Made by a program: the position numbers and the translations under genes. From positions 3,689 to 67,688 of the forward strand of contig JAGYJD010000006.1 of the NCBI GenBank assembly GCA_018402365.1: a stretch of 64,000 nt of DNA, given 5' to 3'. Of this stretch, positions 11,291-20,325 are shown in pieces (position 1 is the stretch's first letter; the number at the start of each line of letters is the position of its first letter). The stretch comes from Candidatus Nanopelagicales bacterium (lineage in GTDB: Bacteria > Actinomycetota > Actinomycetes > S36-B12 > UBA5976). Below the pieces are notes generated by a model that was given only the letters and a program-made list of their open reading frames with translations, was not told where the DNA came from and searched no databases.

Positions 11291-12108
11291 TCTGGTAAAG
11301 GCGAAGCTTCTTCGTCTGAAAGTTCATCAAAACTGATCTTTTCGCCTTTGCGTAATCTACGCCAATCATTCAACCAGGCAATACCTGCTGCTATCGCGAT
11401 CAACAACAAAATGGGGGCGGCTAGCAAAGTCATGTTGATGGGATCCCCGGTTGGGGTGGCAATGGCAGAAAAAAGAAAGACTAGTAGGACGACTATTCGC
11501 CACTTTGAAATGATTGTTTTTGCTTCTAATAGTCCTACAAAGTTTAAGATTACTAAAATTAGTGGGATTAAAAAACCTATTCCAAAAACAAAAACCATTC
11601 GTAAATAAAAAGTTAAATAGCGATCAACTGGTACGTAATTGCCAACTCCTTCTGGGGTAAAACCAAAAAGTATCTGTAAACCAAAAGGTAAAACGCTATA
11701 GGCAAGATAAGCGCCAGCGGCAAACAAAGGGGCCGCGATAGATACAAAAAGGTATGACCAAAGTCTTTCTTTACGATGAAGTCCTGGAGTAATAAACCGC
11801 CAAAGTTGTAAGAGCCAGACTGGGCTGGTCAATAACATGCCGGCGACTAGTGAGATCTTGATTTGTAAAGAAAAGGCATCGATTACCCCGCCTAAAACCA
11901 GCCGGATATCGCGACCTGAATCTTGCGCTTCGGCAACTACATCGTCAACTGGTTGGCGCAAAAAGCCAAAGATTTCTTCATAAAAAAACCAAGCAATCAC
12001 TAAGCCTACGACAATGGCAATAGCGGAAACAGTTAAACGTTTGCGAAGCTCTCTTAAATGTTCGCGCAGCGACATTTCTTTAAAGCGTTGCGGCTGGTTA
12101 TTACTCAC
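11287..12108 (-). CDS. tatC: twin-arginine translocase subunit TatC
   Basis: 6-TM protein with the TatC N-terminal motif HLRELRKRL. Located next to tatA. Confidence 0.9.
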   Translation of the reverse strand: MSNNQPQRFKEMSLREHLRELRKRLTVSAIAIVVGLVIAWFFYEEIFGFLRQPVDDVVAEAQDSGRDIRLVLGGVIDAFSLQIKISLVAGMLLTSPVWLLQLWRFITPGLHRKERLWSYLFVSIAAPLFAAGAYLAYSVLPFGLQILFGFTPEGVGNYVPVDRYLTFYLRMVFVFGIGFLIPLILVILNFVGLLEAKTIISKWRIVVLLVFLFSAIATPTGDPINMTLLAAPILLLIAIAAGIAWLNDWRRLRKGEKISFDELSDEEASPLPD

Positions 12109-12141
12109 CTTATTAATACCCTTTGAGGTTTAAAGAGAGTT

Positions 12142-12384
12142 TTAAGCCTCTTCTTTTTTAATGTCGCCTGCTTCAGACTTTTCTTTTTCAGACTCGTCTT
12201 TTTTAATGTCGCCTGCTTCAGACTTTTCTTTTTCAGAATCGTCTTGACCCTTAGTCTCGGCTTTTAAAATACGAACTGATCTACCTAGGCCACGAGCCAT
12301 TTCAGGTAATTTCTTTGCACCAAATAAAAGTAAAATAATGAAAAGGATAATTAGCCACTCTTGGCCACGCATTCCTGACAACAT
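12142..12384 (-). CDS. tatA: twin-arginine translocase subunit TatA
   Basis: LIILFIILLLFGAKKLPEMARGLGRSVR is the canonical TatA TM-plus-hinge region. The C-terminal tail contains a duplicated 15-aa unit. Confidence 0.85.
   Translation of the reverse strand: MLSGMRGQEWLIILFIILLLFGAKKLPEMARGLGRSVRILKAETKGQDDSEKEKSEAGDIKKDESEKEKSEAGDIKKEEA
12153..12242 (-). repeat. 2 x 45-bp in-frame tandem duplication inside the tatA 3' end
   Basis: Positions 12153-12197 and 12198-12242 differ at 1 of 45 positions. They encode D(E/D)SEKEKSEAGDIKK twice. Confidence 0.9.
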
Positions 12385-12438
12385 AACCTGCTCCTTTTAA
12401 GTCGATGGCTAAAGAATAGGCCCCTAGGGCAGATTTGG

Positions 12439-13281
12439 TTAATTAGAGGGTAAAACTCGAGGCTTTCTTGTAGTTTTTGCTTGTTCTGCCCACATTTTTG
12501 CTGGCGGATAAGCGATTTCTTCTAAAACTAGTCCATTGGCTGGCACTTGAAAAATAGTTTGGGTTCGCGTCTTTAGACGCAAGCGCTGAAAGGGTTCATC
12601 GATCGCAATCAGCCCCGCTGCCGCCGGTAATACTGCCCCAATCAAATTACGTACCAAGCTATAACAAAATGCATCGGCTTTTAATTCGGCAACAAAAATA
12701 TTATCAACCTTTTGCCAATTAAATTGCATTAAGTTTCTAACCGTCGACGAATTTGCTCGAGGTTTGCAAAAGGTGGCAAAATCATGCAGCCCTACTAACT
12801 GAGCGCTGGCTTGATTTAGTTTTTCTAAATTCAATTCGTATCCGTAATGATAAACATAATGCCGACGCATTGGATCCAATTGATGGGTTTTATCAGCAAC
12901 CCAATAGCTATAACGACGCCAGAGCGCACTGTAGCGGGCATCAAAATCTTGACTAACTACTTCGATCTCTAAAACTCTAATGTCTTTAGGCAAAACTTGA
13001 TTAAGTGAATAGGCAGGGTCTTTAACTTTATTCCAATTAATTTCACTTATCTCAAAATGCAACCATTGACCGCGAGCATGCACTCCTCTATCAGTTCTGC
13101 CGGCCGCGATTGACTTGACACTTTGGGTAAAGATTTTTTTAATAGCTTTTTCTATTTCACCTTGAACTGAAACTTGGTCGGGTTGTTTACCGAAGCCGGC
13201 GTAGTTTGTGCCATCGTAAGCAATTTTTGTTCTAATACGAAAAAGCCCACTGGGATTAGCAGTGGGCTTTTTGTTTATCAA
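12439..13281 (-). CDS. truA: tRNA pseudouridine(38-40) synthase TruA (start uncertain: TTG at 13281, TTG at 13344, or ATT at 13236)
   Basis: RIRTKIAYDGTNYAGFG N-terminal strand and the catalytic GRTDRGVHA motif. There is no ATG, GTG or TTG between the upstream hairpin and the conserved core. Confidence 0.8.
   Translation of the reverse strand: MINKKPTANPSGLFRIRTKIAYDGTNYAGFGKQPDQVSVQGEIEKAIKKIFTQSVKSIAAGRTDRGVHARGQWLHFEISEINWNKVKDPAYSLNQVLPKDIRVLEIEVVSQDFDARYSALWRRYSYWVADKTHQLDPMRRHYVYHYGYELNLEKLNQASAQLVGLHDFATFCKPRANSSTVRNLMQFNWQKVDNIFVAELKADAFCYSLVRNLIGAVLPAAAGLIAIDEPFQRLRLKTRTQTIFQVPANGLVLEEIAYPPAKMWAEQAKTTRKPRVLPSN
13240..13272 (-). terminator. rho-independent terminator-like hairpin after rplQ
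   Basis: On the minus-strand RNA this reads AAAAA-GCCCACUG-CUAAUCC-CAGUGGGC-UUUUU, an 8-bp GC-rich stem with a 7-nt loop and a 5-U tail. It begins 14 nt after the rplQ stop. Confidence 0.7.
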
Positions 13282-13285
13282 AGGT

Positions 13286-13714
13286 TTATTCTTCAGTCTT
13301 TGCCTCTTTGACCGCACGCTTGGTAACAGCTTCGGCTGCAGCAACAGTTTGCTCAGCTAAAGGTTCTACCAATTCAATTACTGCCATTGGAGCATTGTCG
13401 CCATGACGAGGTCCAATTTTGGTAATGCGGGTGTATCCACCATTGCGGGCTTGGTACTGCGGGCCAAGTTCAGTAAAGAGTGCATGCACTACTGACTTGT
13501 CACGAATTACCATCATTACCCGACGACGCGCAGCAAGATCTCCACGCTTTGCTTGGGTAATTAATTTTTCAGCAAAGGGACGTAGCCTTTTTGCTTTTGC
13601 CTCGGTGGTGGTGATGCGTCCGATTGAAAAAAGTGCAGTTGCCAAATTGGCAAGCAACAACTTCTCATGAGCGGGTGAACCCCCTAGGCGGGATCCTTTT
13701 GCGGGCTTAGGCAT
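13286..13714 (-). CDS. rplQ: 50S ribosomal protein L17
   Basis: L17 core [24 protein letters not shown]..., in the position after rpoA. Confidence 0.95.
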   Translation of the reverse strand: MPKPAKGSRLGGSPAHEKLLLANLATALFSIGRITTTEAKAKRLRPFAEKLITQAKRGDLAARRRVMMVIRDKSVVHALFTELGPQYQARNGGYTRITKIGPRHGDNAPMAVIELVEPLAEQTVAAAEAVTKRAVKEAKTEE

Positions 13715-13740
13715 GGCTTTCCTTTTCTAAATTCGTTTAC

Positions 13741-14775
13741 TTAGTATTGCTCGTCTTCAAGAGCTACTTCATCCTCAGCTTCAGCTTCGGCAGCAATGGC
13801 TTCTGCTCTAGCGGCGGCGGCTACTGGGTCATAACCAGGAGGTGAATCTTTGAGTTGCAAACCTAGCATTTGCAATTTAGCTCTTACTTCGTCAATTGAT
13901 TTTTGACCAAAGTTACGGACGTCCATCAAATCAGCTTCGCTGCGAGTGATTAATTCACCAACAGAGTGAACGCCTTCGCGCTTTAAGCAGTTATAAGAAC
14001 GAACAGTTAGGTCTAACTGCTCAATTGGCATGTTCAGTTGTTCAAGTGCATAAGCATCGGTTGGGCTCGGGCCAATTTCAATACCCTCAGCATCAACATT
14101 CAACTCACGAACTAAGCCAAACAACTCAACTAAAGTCTTACCAGCTGAGGCCATAGCGTCGGCTGGACGCATGGAGGGCTTGGTTTCGATATCTAGTACT
14201 AAGCGATCAAAGTCAGTTCTTTGTTCCACACGAGTTGCTTCTACTTTGTAAGTAACTTTCACAACTGGTGAGTAAATGGAGTCAACCGGAATACGTCCGA
14301 TTTCTGCTCCTACTACTTTGTTTTGTACGGCGGTGACGTAACCACGACCACGCTCAACCACTAATTCCATTTCGATTTTGCCTTTTCCGTTAAGAGTGGC
14401 AATCAATAGATTTGGATTATGAACTTCAACGCCAGCGGGGGCTTGAATATCAGCTGCGGTAACCGCACCTGGTCCCTCTTTGCGCAAGTACATAATGGCT
14501 GGTTCGTCAAGGTCACTTGAAACCACCAAGTCTTTTATGTTTAAGACAACTTCAGTGACATCTTCTGAGACACCTTCGATAGTGGTGAATTCATGAAGAG
14601 CGCCTGTTAGGCGAATGCTGGTCACAGCGGCACCCGGAATTGATGACAAAAGGGTACGACGCAGTGAGTTTCCGAGCGTATAGCCAAAACCTGGCTCTAG
14701 CGGCTCGAGGATGTAACGAGCGCGAGTATCTGAAATCGGCTCTTCGGTGAGTATCGGTCTTTGTGCAATTAGCAC
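13741..14775 (-). CDS. rpoA: DNA-directed RNA polymerase subunit alpha
   Basis: 344 aa with an N-terminal [18 protein letters not shown] motif and a C-terminal-domain [15 protein letters not shown] motif. Confidence 0.97.
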   Translation of the reverse strand: MLIAQRPILTEEPISDTRARYILEPLEPGFGYTLGNSLRRTLLSSIPGAAVTSIRLTGALHEFTTIEGVSEDVTEVVLNIKDLVVSSDLDEPAIMYLRKEGPGAVTAADIQAPAGVEVHNPNLLIATLNGKGKIEMELVVERGRGYVTAVQNKVVGAEIGRIPVDSIYSPVVKVTYKVEATRVEQRTDFDRLVLDIETKPSMRPADAMASAGKTLVELFGLVRELNVDAEGIEIGPSPTDAYALEQLNMPIEQLDLTVRSYNCLKREGVHSVGELITRSEADLMDVRNFGQKSIDEVRAKLQMLGLQLKDSPPGYDPVAAAARAEAIAAEAEAEDEVALEDEQY

Positions 14776-14827
14776 TGTTTCTTTCCTTCCTTAAGACGCC
14801 CACTATTTGACGTCGTTTGAGGTACTA

Positions 14828-15454
14828 CTACTTGGAATACAACTCAACAATCAACTGTTCTTGAACAGCTGTGTCGATTTGCGCACGAGTTGGTTCAGCA
14901 TGCACAAGTATTCTCATTTGGCTGTTTACTACTTCTAGCCAAGCTGGGACCGGCTTTTCGCCGTATTCGGCACGAGCGATAACGAAAGGGGTAATTTCGC
15001 GACTCTCGACCTTAACTTCAATAATGTCACTCGGTGAAACTTGGTATGAAGGAATATCAACCTTCTTGCCATTAATAATGAAGTGACCGTGACGCACCAT
15101 TTGGCGGGCCATGTCACGACTCTTGGCAAAGCCAGCGCGGAACACCACGTTGTCTAAACGAGTTTCTAAAAGTGACAAAAGATTTTCACCGGTTTTGCCG
15201 GCTTTACGAGACGCAGCTTCGTAATAATTACGGAACTGACGCTCTAGTACTCCATAGATACGAGCAGCTTTTTGCTTCTCACGCATCTGCAATAGGTATT
15301 CGGATTCTTTAGTACGGCCGCGACCATGTTGTCCTGGTGGGTAAGGACGACTTTCAATTGGGCACTTTGGTGAATCACACTTAGCACCCTTTAAATAAAG
15401 TTTGGTTTTTTCGCGACGGCATCTCTTGCAATCAGCACCGGTATAACGAGCCAT
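14828..15454 (-). CDS. rpsD: 30S ribosomal protein S4
   Basis: MARYTGADCKRCRREK... Zn-ribbon-like N-terminus followed by an S4 domain. Confidence 0.95.
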   Translation of the reverse strand: MARYTGADCKRCRREKTKLYLKGAKCDSPKCPIESRPYPPGQHGRGRTKESEYLLQMREKQKAARIYGVLERQFRNYYEAASRKAGKTGENLLSLLETRLDNVVFRAGFAKSRDMARQMVRHGHFIINGKKVDIPSYQVSPSDIIEVKVESREITPFVIARAEYGEKPVPAWLEVVNSQMRILVHAEPTRAQIDTAVQEQLIVELYSK

Positions 15455-15481
15455 GTTTGGTTTTTTCTCCTATTTTCTAAA

Positions 15482-15883
15482 CTAGACGCGGCGACGCTTG
15501 CGAGCGCGAGTGCCGTTAAAAGGGACAGGGGTAACGTCTTGGATAGAACCAATCTCAAGACCAGCGGCTTGCAAAGAACGAATCGCAGTTTCGCGACCTG
15601 ATCCTGGGCCTTTTACAAAAACATCAACTTTTTTCAAACCATGTTCCATGGCACGCTTAGCAGCATCTTCTGCAGCAAGTTGCGCCGCAAAAGGAGTTGA
15701 TTTCTTAGAACCTTTGAAACCAATTTGACCGCTTGATGACCAAGAAATCACTGCACCGGTTGGGTCAGTAATTGAAACTATGGTGTTATTAAAAGTACTT
15801 TTAATATGCGCTTGTCCAAAAGCGATATTTTTCTTTTCTTTCTTGCGCACTTTCTTGGCGCCAGCTGCACTCTTTGGGGGCAT
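15482..15883 (-). CDS. rpsK: 30S ribosomal protein S11
   Basis: Typical S11 sequence ...[18 protein letters not shown]... with the C-terminus RKRRRV. Confidence 0.95.
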   Translation of the reverse strand: MPPKSAAGAKKVRKKEKKNIAFGQAHIKSTFNNTIVSITDPTGAVISWSSSGQIGFKGSKKSTPFAAQLAAEDAAKRAMEHGLKKVDVFVKGPGSGRETAIRSLQAAGLEIGSIQDVTPVPFNGTRARKRRRV

Positions 15884-15896
15884 TTTTAATTAATCC

Positions 15897-16274
15897 TTAC
15901 TTTGTTTCTTTTTTCTTACCGGCAACGGTCTTGCGAGGACCTTTACGGGTGCGAGCGTTGGTGTGAGTTCTTTGTCCACGCACAGGTAAACCTTTGCGGT
16001 GGCGAATTCCTTGGTATGAGCCGATTTCGACTTTACGACGAATGTCAGATGAAACTTCGCGACGAAGGTCACCTTCAACTTTGAAGTTTGCTTCGATGTA
16101 ATCGCGCAAGGCAACAATTGCTGAATCGTCTAAATCTTTTACTCGAGTGTTGGGATCTATCCCGGCAGCTGCGAGAGCTTGAACAGATCTGGTACGACCT
16201 ACTCCATATATATAAGTTAATGCGATTTCAACCCGTTTGTTAACTGGTAAATCGACACCGACTAAACGTGCCAT
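15897..16274 (-). CDS. rpsM: 30S ribosomal protein S13
   Basis: The [27 protein letters not shown]-terminus is the canonical S13 start. Confidence 0.95.
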   Translation of the reverse strand: MARLVGVDLPVNKRVEIALTYIYGVGRTRSVQALAAAGIDPNTRVKDLDDSAIVALRDYIEANFKVEGDLRREVSSDIRRKVEIGSYQGIRHRKGLPVRGQRTHTNARTRKGPRKTVAGKKKETK

Positions 16275-16421
16275 TGGGCGGTTTTCCTTTTCTTTAATTC
16301 AGAGGTGTGGCTTACCTAATCGCTCTTACCCGCCCTGGGTAAGTCTTCAGCCTCTGAGCCGAAGGTGTCGTGCTAAAACTTTGGCAAAGTTTCAGTTGAC
16401 GGAATTAGGCAATTGGTTCGC
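16275..16421 (-). promoter_or_regulatory. structured rpmJ-rpsM spacer (candidate r-protein autoregulatory leader)
   Basis: On the minus RNA, an outer CAGAGG/CCUCUG stem (16351-16356 with 16300-16305) encloses a 7-bp hairpin, CUUACCC-AGGGC-GGGUAAG (16325-16343). A second GGUAAG (16311-16316) could pair with the same CUUACC arm instead. A further AAACUUU-GCC-AAAGUUU hairpin lies at 16376-16392. Confidence 0.3.
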
Positions 16422-16535
16422 TTAACCCTGACGCTGTTTGTGTCGTGGGTTTTCACAAATAACCATTACGCGTCCGTGACGACGAATTACTTTGCACTTG
16501 TCACAGATTTTCTTGACGCTGGGTTGTACTTTCAT
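16422..16535 (-). CDS. rpmJ: 50S ribosomal protein L36
   Basis: Hand translation gives [37 protein letters not shown] (37 aa). It is preceded by AGAAGGAAG and is below the ORF-track length cutoff. Confidence 0.92.
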   Translation of the reverse strand: MKVQPSVKKICDKCKVIRRHGRVMVICENPRHKQRQG

Positions 16536-16549
16536 ACTTCCTTCTTTGG

Positions 16550-16771
16550 TTATTTGTAGCGGTAAACAATCCGGCCGCGAGTTAAGTCGTAGGGCGAGAG
16601 CTCAACGATTACCTTGTCGTCCGGCAAAATACGAATGTAGTGCATTCTCATTTTGCCACTGATGTGAGCAAGTACTTTGTGGCCATTATCAAGCTCTACC
16701 CGAAACATTGCGTTGGGCAAAGTTTCAACGATGGTGCCCTCGAGTTCGATCGCACCGTCTTTTTTGGCCAT
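16550..16771 (-). CDS. infA: translation initiation factor IF-1
   Basis: [31 protein letters not shown]..., a canonical 73-aa IF-1. Confidence 0.96.
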   Translation of the reverse strand: MAKKDGAIELEGTIVETLPNAMFRVELDNGHKVLAHISGKMRMHYIRILPDDKVIVELSPYDLTRGRIVYRYK

Positions 16772-16868
16772 ACCTGCCTTTAAATCAGCGAATTGGTTTT
16801 GCTCACTAATTACTTACTGAGCGAAGCAATAGTTTAGCCAAAGCACCAATTAACCCTTTGCTGTGGGG

Positions 16869-19490
16869 TTAGCGCGAATCTGAGCCCTTTACTGCATTTA
16901 ACGCGGCGCGACCAACTTCGAGCCGAGCGATCGGTACCCGAAAGGGTGAACAAGAGACATAATCCAGCCCAATTTGAGCAAAAAAGTGAATGCTGGTGGG
17001 ATCCCCGCCATGTTCACCGCATACCCCCATCATCATCACCGGCTTAGTGGCGCGGCCCTTCTTAACCGCCATTTTCACTAACTCCCCTACCCCAAATACA
17101 TCGATTGACTCAAAAGGCGAGGTACCCAAAATTCCTCGCTCTAAATATGCTCCAACAAATTCACTCTCAACATCATCGCGACTAAAACCCCAAGTAGTTT
17201 GAGTTAGATCATTAGTTCCGAAAGAAAAGAAATCAGCTTCTTCAGCAATTCGCTCTGCCGTGAGCGCAGCACGAGGCAGTTCAATCATAGTTCCGATAAC
17301 TGGATCAAATTCTTGATTATTTTCTTTCATAGTTTTTTCAAAAATTTCGCTTGCTTCTTTTTTAATCGGGACAAATTCTGCAACTGTGGCAACTAGTGGC
17401 ACCATAATTTCTGGATGGGGGTGCAATCCTTCGCTTAATAGTTTTGCGGTGGCTTGGGCGATGGCCTTCACTTGGGTTGCGAAAAGCCCTGGCATTTGTA
17501 AACCTAATCGCACCCCACGCATTCCCAACATCGGATTTTGCTCACGATGGGCTTCAACAGCCGCTGCTAAAGTTTTCTTTTTCTTTGACGTCGCTTTACC
17601 GCGCTCTCGACCAACGCAACCGCTACTGCCAATTCAGCATGTTCTGGCAAGAATTAATGTAACGGTGGCGAGTGGATCAATCAAACGAATAACTACGGGT
17701 AGCCCTCGGTGGCTTTTAATAGTTCATAAAAATCTTGAGTTTGCAACGGTAGTAATTCTTGATAAACCAAATCACGCTCTGCTTGGTGGTCTGCCAAAAT
17801 TAATGACTCAATTGGCTCGATTTGCGTCTGCTTCAGTATCGGCGTTGGCACGCACTTTTAGTTTGGCAACTTCATCAGCATGTTTCACTAACTGATCAAA
17901 GCGCGATTGGTCATCAAAGCACTCAACTGCTGCTAAGCCTTCTTCAAAGTATCGACTCACCAAGCTAGGTGCGACCGGTGCTTCACACAAAAGAACATCA
18001 CCACTAGTGCCATCGATGCTAATTACATCGCCTTCGTTTAATACTTCACCACTCAACGAGTTATTTTTATTTTCAATATCAACTTGTGGTTCAGCACCGC
18101 AAACCACAGTCTTACCCATACCTCTTGCCCACTACCGCCGCATGAAGTTTTCCACTTCCCGCGGTTAAAATTCCAGCAGCTGCCACCATGCCGGCTAAAT
18201 CATTCAGGTTGGTTTCACGCCTTATCAAAATGACTTTTTCGCCACTGGCAGCTTTTTCGACTGCAGCTTTGGCACTAAAAACTATTTTTCCTACTGCTGC
18301 CCCGGGTGAAGCTGCGATACCTTTGGCAATTAATTTCTTTTCGGCTTTTGTATCAAAACGTGGAAACATCAATTGAGTTAATTGAACTCCATTGACTCGC
18401 TGTAGCGCTTCATCCAGCGTAATTAAACCTTCATCCACTAATTGGCTAGCGATTCTAAACGCAGCAGCGGCGGTGCGTTTGCCGACGCGAGTTTGCAGCA
18501 TCCAAAGCTTGCCGTCTTCAACAGTAAATTCAATGTCGCAAAGGTCTTTATAGTGCGTTTCAAGGGTGTGCATAATTTGCATTAACTCTTTATGCACCTG
18601 GGGCATTAATTTTGCTAAATCGTCTAAATGCAAAGTGTTTCTAATGCCCGCCACCACATCTTCACCTTGCGCGTCAGTAAGCCAATCTCCGTAAGCACCA
18701 GTTGCACCGGTGGCGGGGTCGCGCGTGAAGGCGACGCCAGTACCGCTGTCAGATCCCTTGTTTCCAAAAACCATGAAGTTTTAACATTCGCCGCATTTTC
18801 GTCATCGGAATTCTTTCTTGTCTTCGATAAATTTTGGCGCGGTCGGTGTTCCATGAATTAAAAACTGCTCTTATTGCAAGGTCAAGCTGAGAGTGCCAAG
18901 GCGCCAGGGGACTCTGCGCCAGTTTCTCTAAAATGGTACTGGCTTTTTTACAATTTGCTTTAAATCATCGGCTTTTAAATCTAAATCATTATTGGCGCCG
19001 ATTTTTCTTTATGATCATCAAAAACAGTTTCAAACTTTTTACCTTCAATATCTAAAACAGTTTTACCAAACATTTGAATCAAGCGCCGATAAGAATCCCA
19101 GGCAAATCTTTCGTCCCCGGTTTCTTTTGCTAAGCCGATCAAAGTATCATCGTTAAGTCCAATATTTAAAACCGTATCCATCATTCCCGGCATTGAAAAT
19201 TTTGCACCACTTCTTACTGAAAGTAGAAGCGGATTTTAGCTATCACCTAGTTTTTCGGTTTGAGCGAGATTCAGTGGCTGCTAAAGCGGTACCCGCAATG
19301 GTCCCAGTCCTGCTGGCTCACGACCTTGTTTTAAATATGCGCGGCATGCTTCGGTAGTGATGGTAAACCCAGGCGGAACCGGTAATCCCAATCGCGTCAT
19401 CTCAGCTAAGTTGGCTCCTTTACCTCCTAAAAGGTCAGACATACTGCGGTCACCCTCGGTAAAGTCGTAAACATATTTACTCATAGCCAT
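16869..19490 (-). pseudogene. ppdK: pyruvate,phosphate dikinase pseudogene (nonsense codons, frameshifts and an internal deletion)
   Basis: Five ORF-track fragments tile PPDK from N- to C-terminus: [31 protein letters not shown]..., [15 protein letters not shown]..., MVFGNKGSDSGTGVAFTRDP..., ...RANADTEADA..., and ...FFSFGTNDLTQTTWGFSRDD...CGEHGGDP...SCSPFRVPIARL. In-frame stops and frame changes were traced by hand and are detailed in the findings. Confidence 0.88.
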
Positions 19491-19531
19491 GACACTAGAG
19501 CAGATGGATTAATTAATAAAGTGGAATTTAC

Positions 19532-20282
19532 TTAATGTTTTTCACAAGTTGGATCTTTGTGAATAGCGATGGTCTGCCAATCTGCATTTAAGGCATCAAA
19601 AATCATTAATCTGCCAATTAAGGTTTCGCCTATTGAAACTATTATTTTAATTGCTTCTAAAACATGGTGCCAATTACTCCACACAAACTTCTAATATACC
19701 CCCACTTGCGCACAACAGCACACTCACAGGAGCGGCGCTTGTGGGAACACACATCTGTAACAAGGACCCCGTTTGGCATCAAAAACACATACCGCCCATC
19801 AAATTGGTTTAGGGCCGCCCCAAACATCTAGGTTTTTAATTCGGCACAAAGCGTCATTTACACTAATATTTCGGTTTCCAAAGTTATCGCGCTGCCATCT
19901 AGTACTAAATCAAAATCTTTAACGAGTATTTCTTTAGCATTTTTTATCAGTCAAACTCCTGATTAAAAGTAATTACTTCGCATTCTGCATTTAACTTATT
20001 TAAATATCCTTTAGCACTTAGAGTTTTTGGTTGTCCAAGAAATTCTGGTGTATGGATGACTTGCCGGTGCAAATTTGATTCGGTGACAATATCAAAATCA
20101 ATAATGCCTAAAGTGCCAACTCCCCCTGCCGCTAAATAAGGCAAAGCGGCTGAACCCAAACCACCGGCCCCTACCACCAAAACCTTTGCTGCTTTGAGCT
20201 TTTGCTGGCCTTCAATTCCAAAGTTAGGCAAGATAGTTTGACGCAGATAGCGCTGCAATATTGATAAGTCGACTTCTGCCAT
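19532..20282 (-). pseudogene. ThiF/MoeB-family adenylyltransferase pseudogene
   Basis: The N-terminal part (likely start at MAEVDLS; the track ORF is 126 aa) is intact and contains VLVVGAGGLGSAALPYLAAGGVG. The remainder survives only as pieces scattered over three frames: KNAKEILVKDFDLVLDGS, CAELKT*MFGAALNQFDG, GPCYRCVFPQAP, and VLEAIKIIVSIGETLIGRLMIFDALNADWQTIAIHKDPTCEKH*. Confidence 0.78.
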
Positions 20283-20325
20283 TGTGTGTTGAAGTCTAAC
20301 CCCTTGCTCGTGGCAAACTAGCAAC

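Noticed and set aside
12153-12242. The tandem repeat as a CRISPR or VNTR-type non-coding array.
   Set aside because: There are only two copies with no spacers. The repeat is in-frame within tatA and encodes a duplicated peptide.
17386-17895. A 169-aa plus-strand ORF, and neighbouring plus-strand ORFs, inside the ppdK remnant.
   Set aside because: These are shadow ORFs opposite recognisable PPDK coding segments. They show no family resemblance and no ribosome-binding site.
19236-19283. In-frame TAG and TAA codons in ppdK as stop-codon recoding (pyrrolysine or readthrough).
   Set aside because: The same gene also carries multiple frameshifts, a deletion and a damaged catalytic loop. All other genes in the window terminate normally at TAA, TAG or TGA. 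A pseudogene is the simpler explanation.
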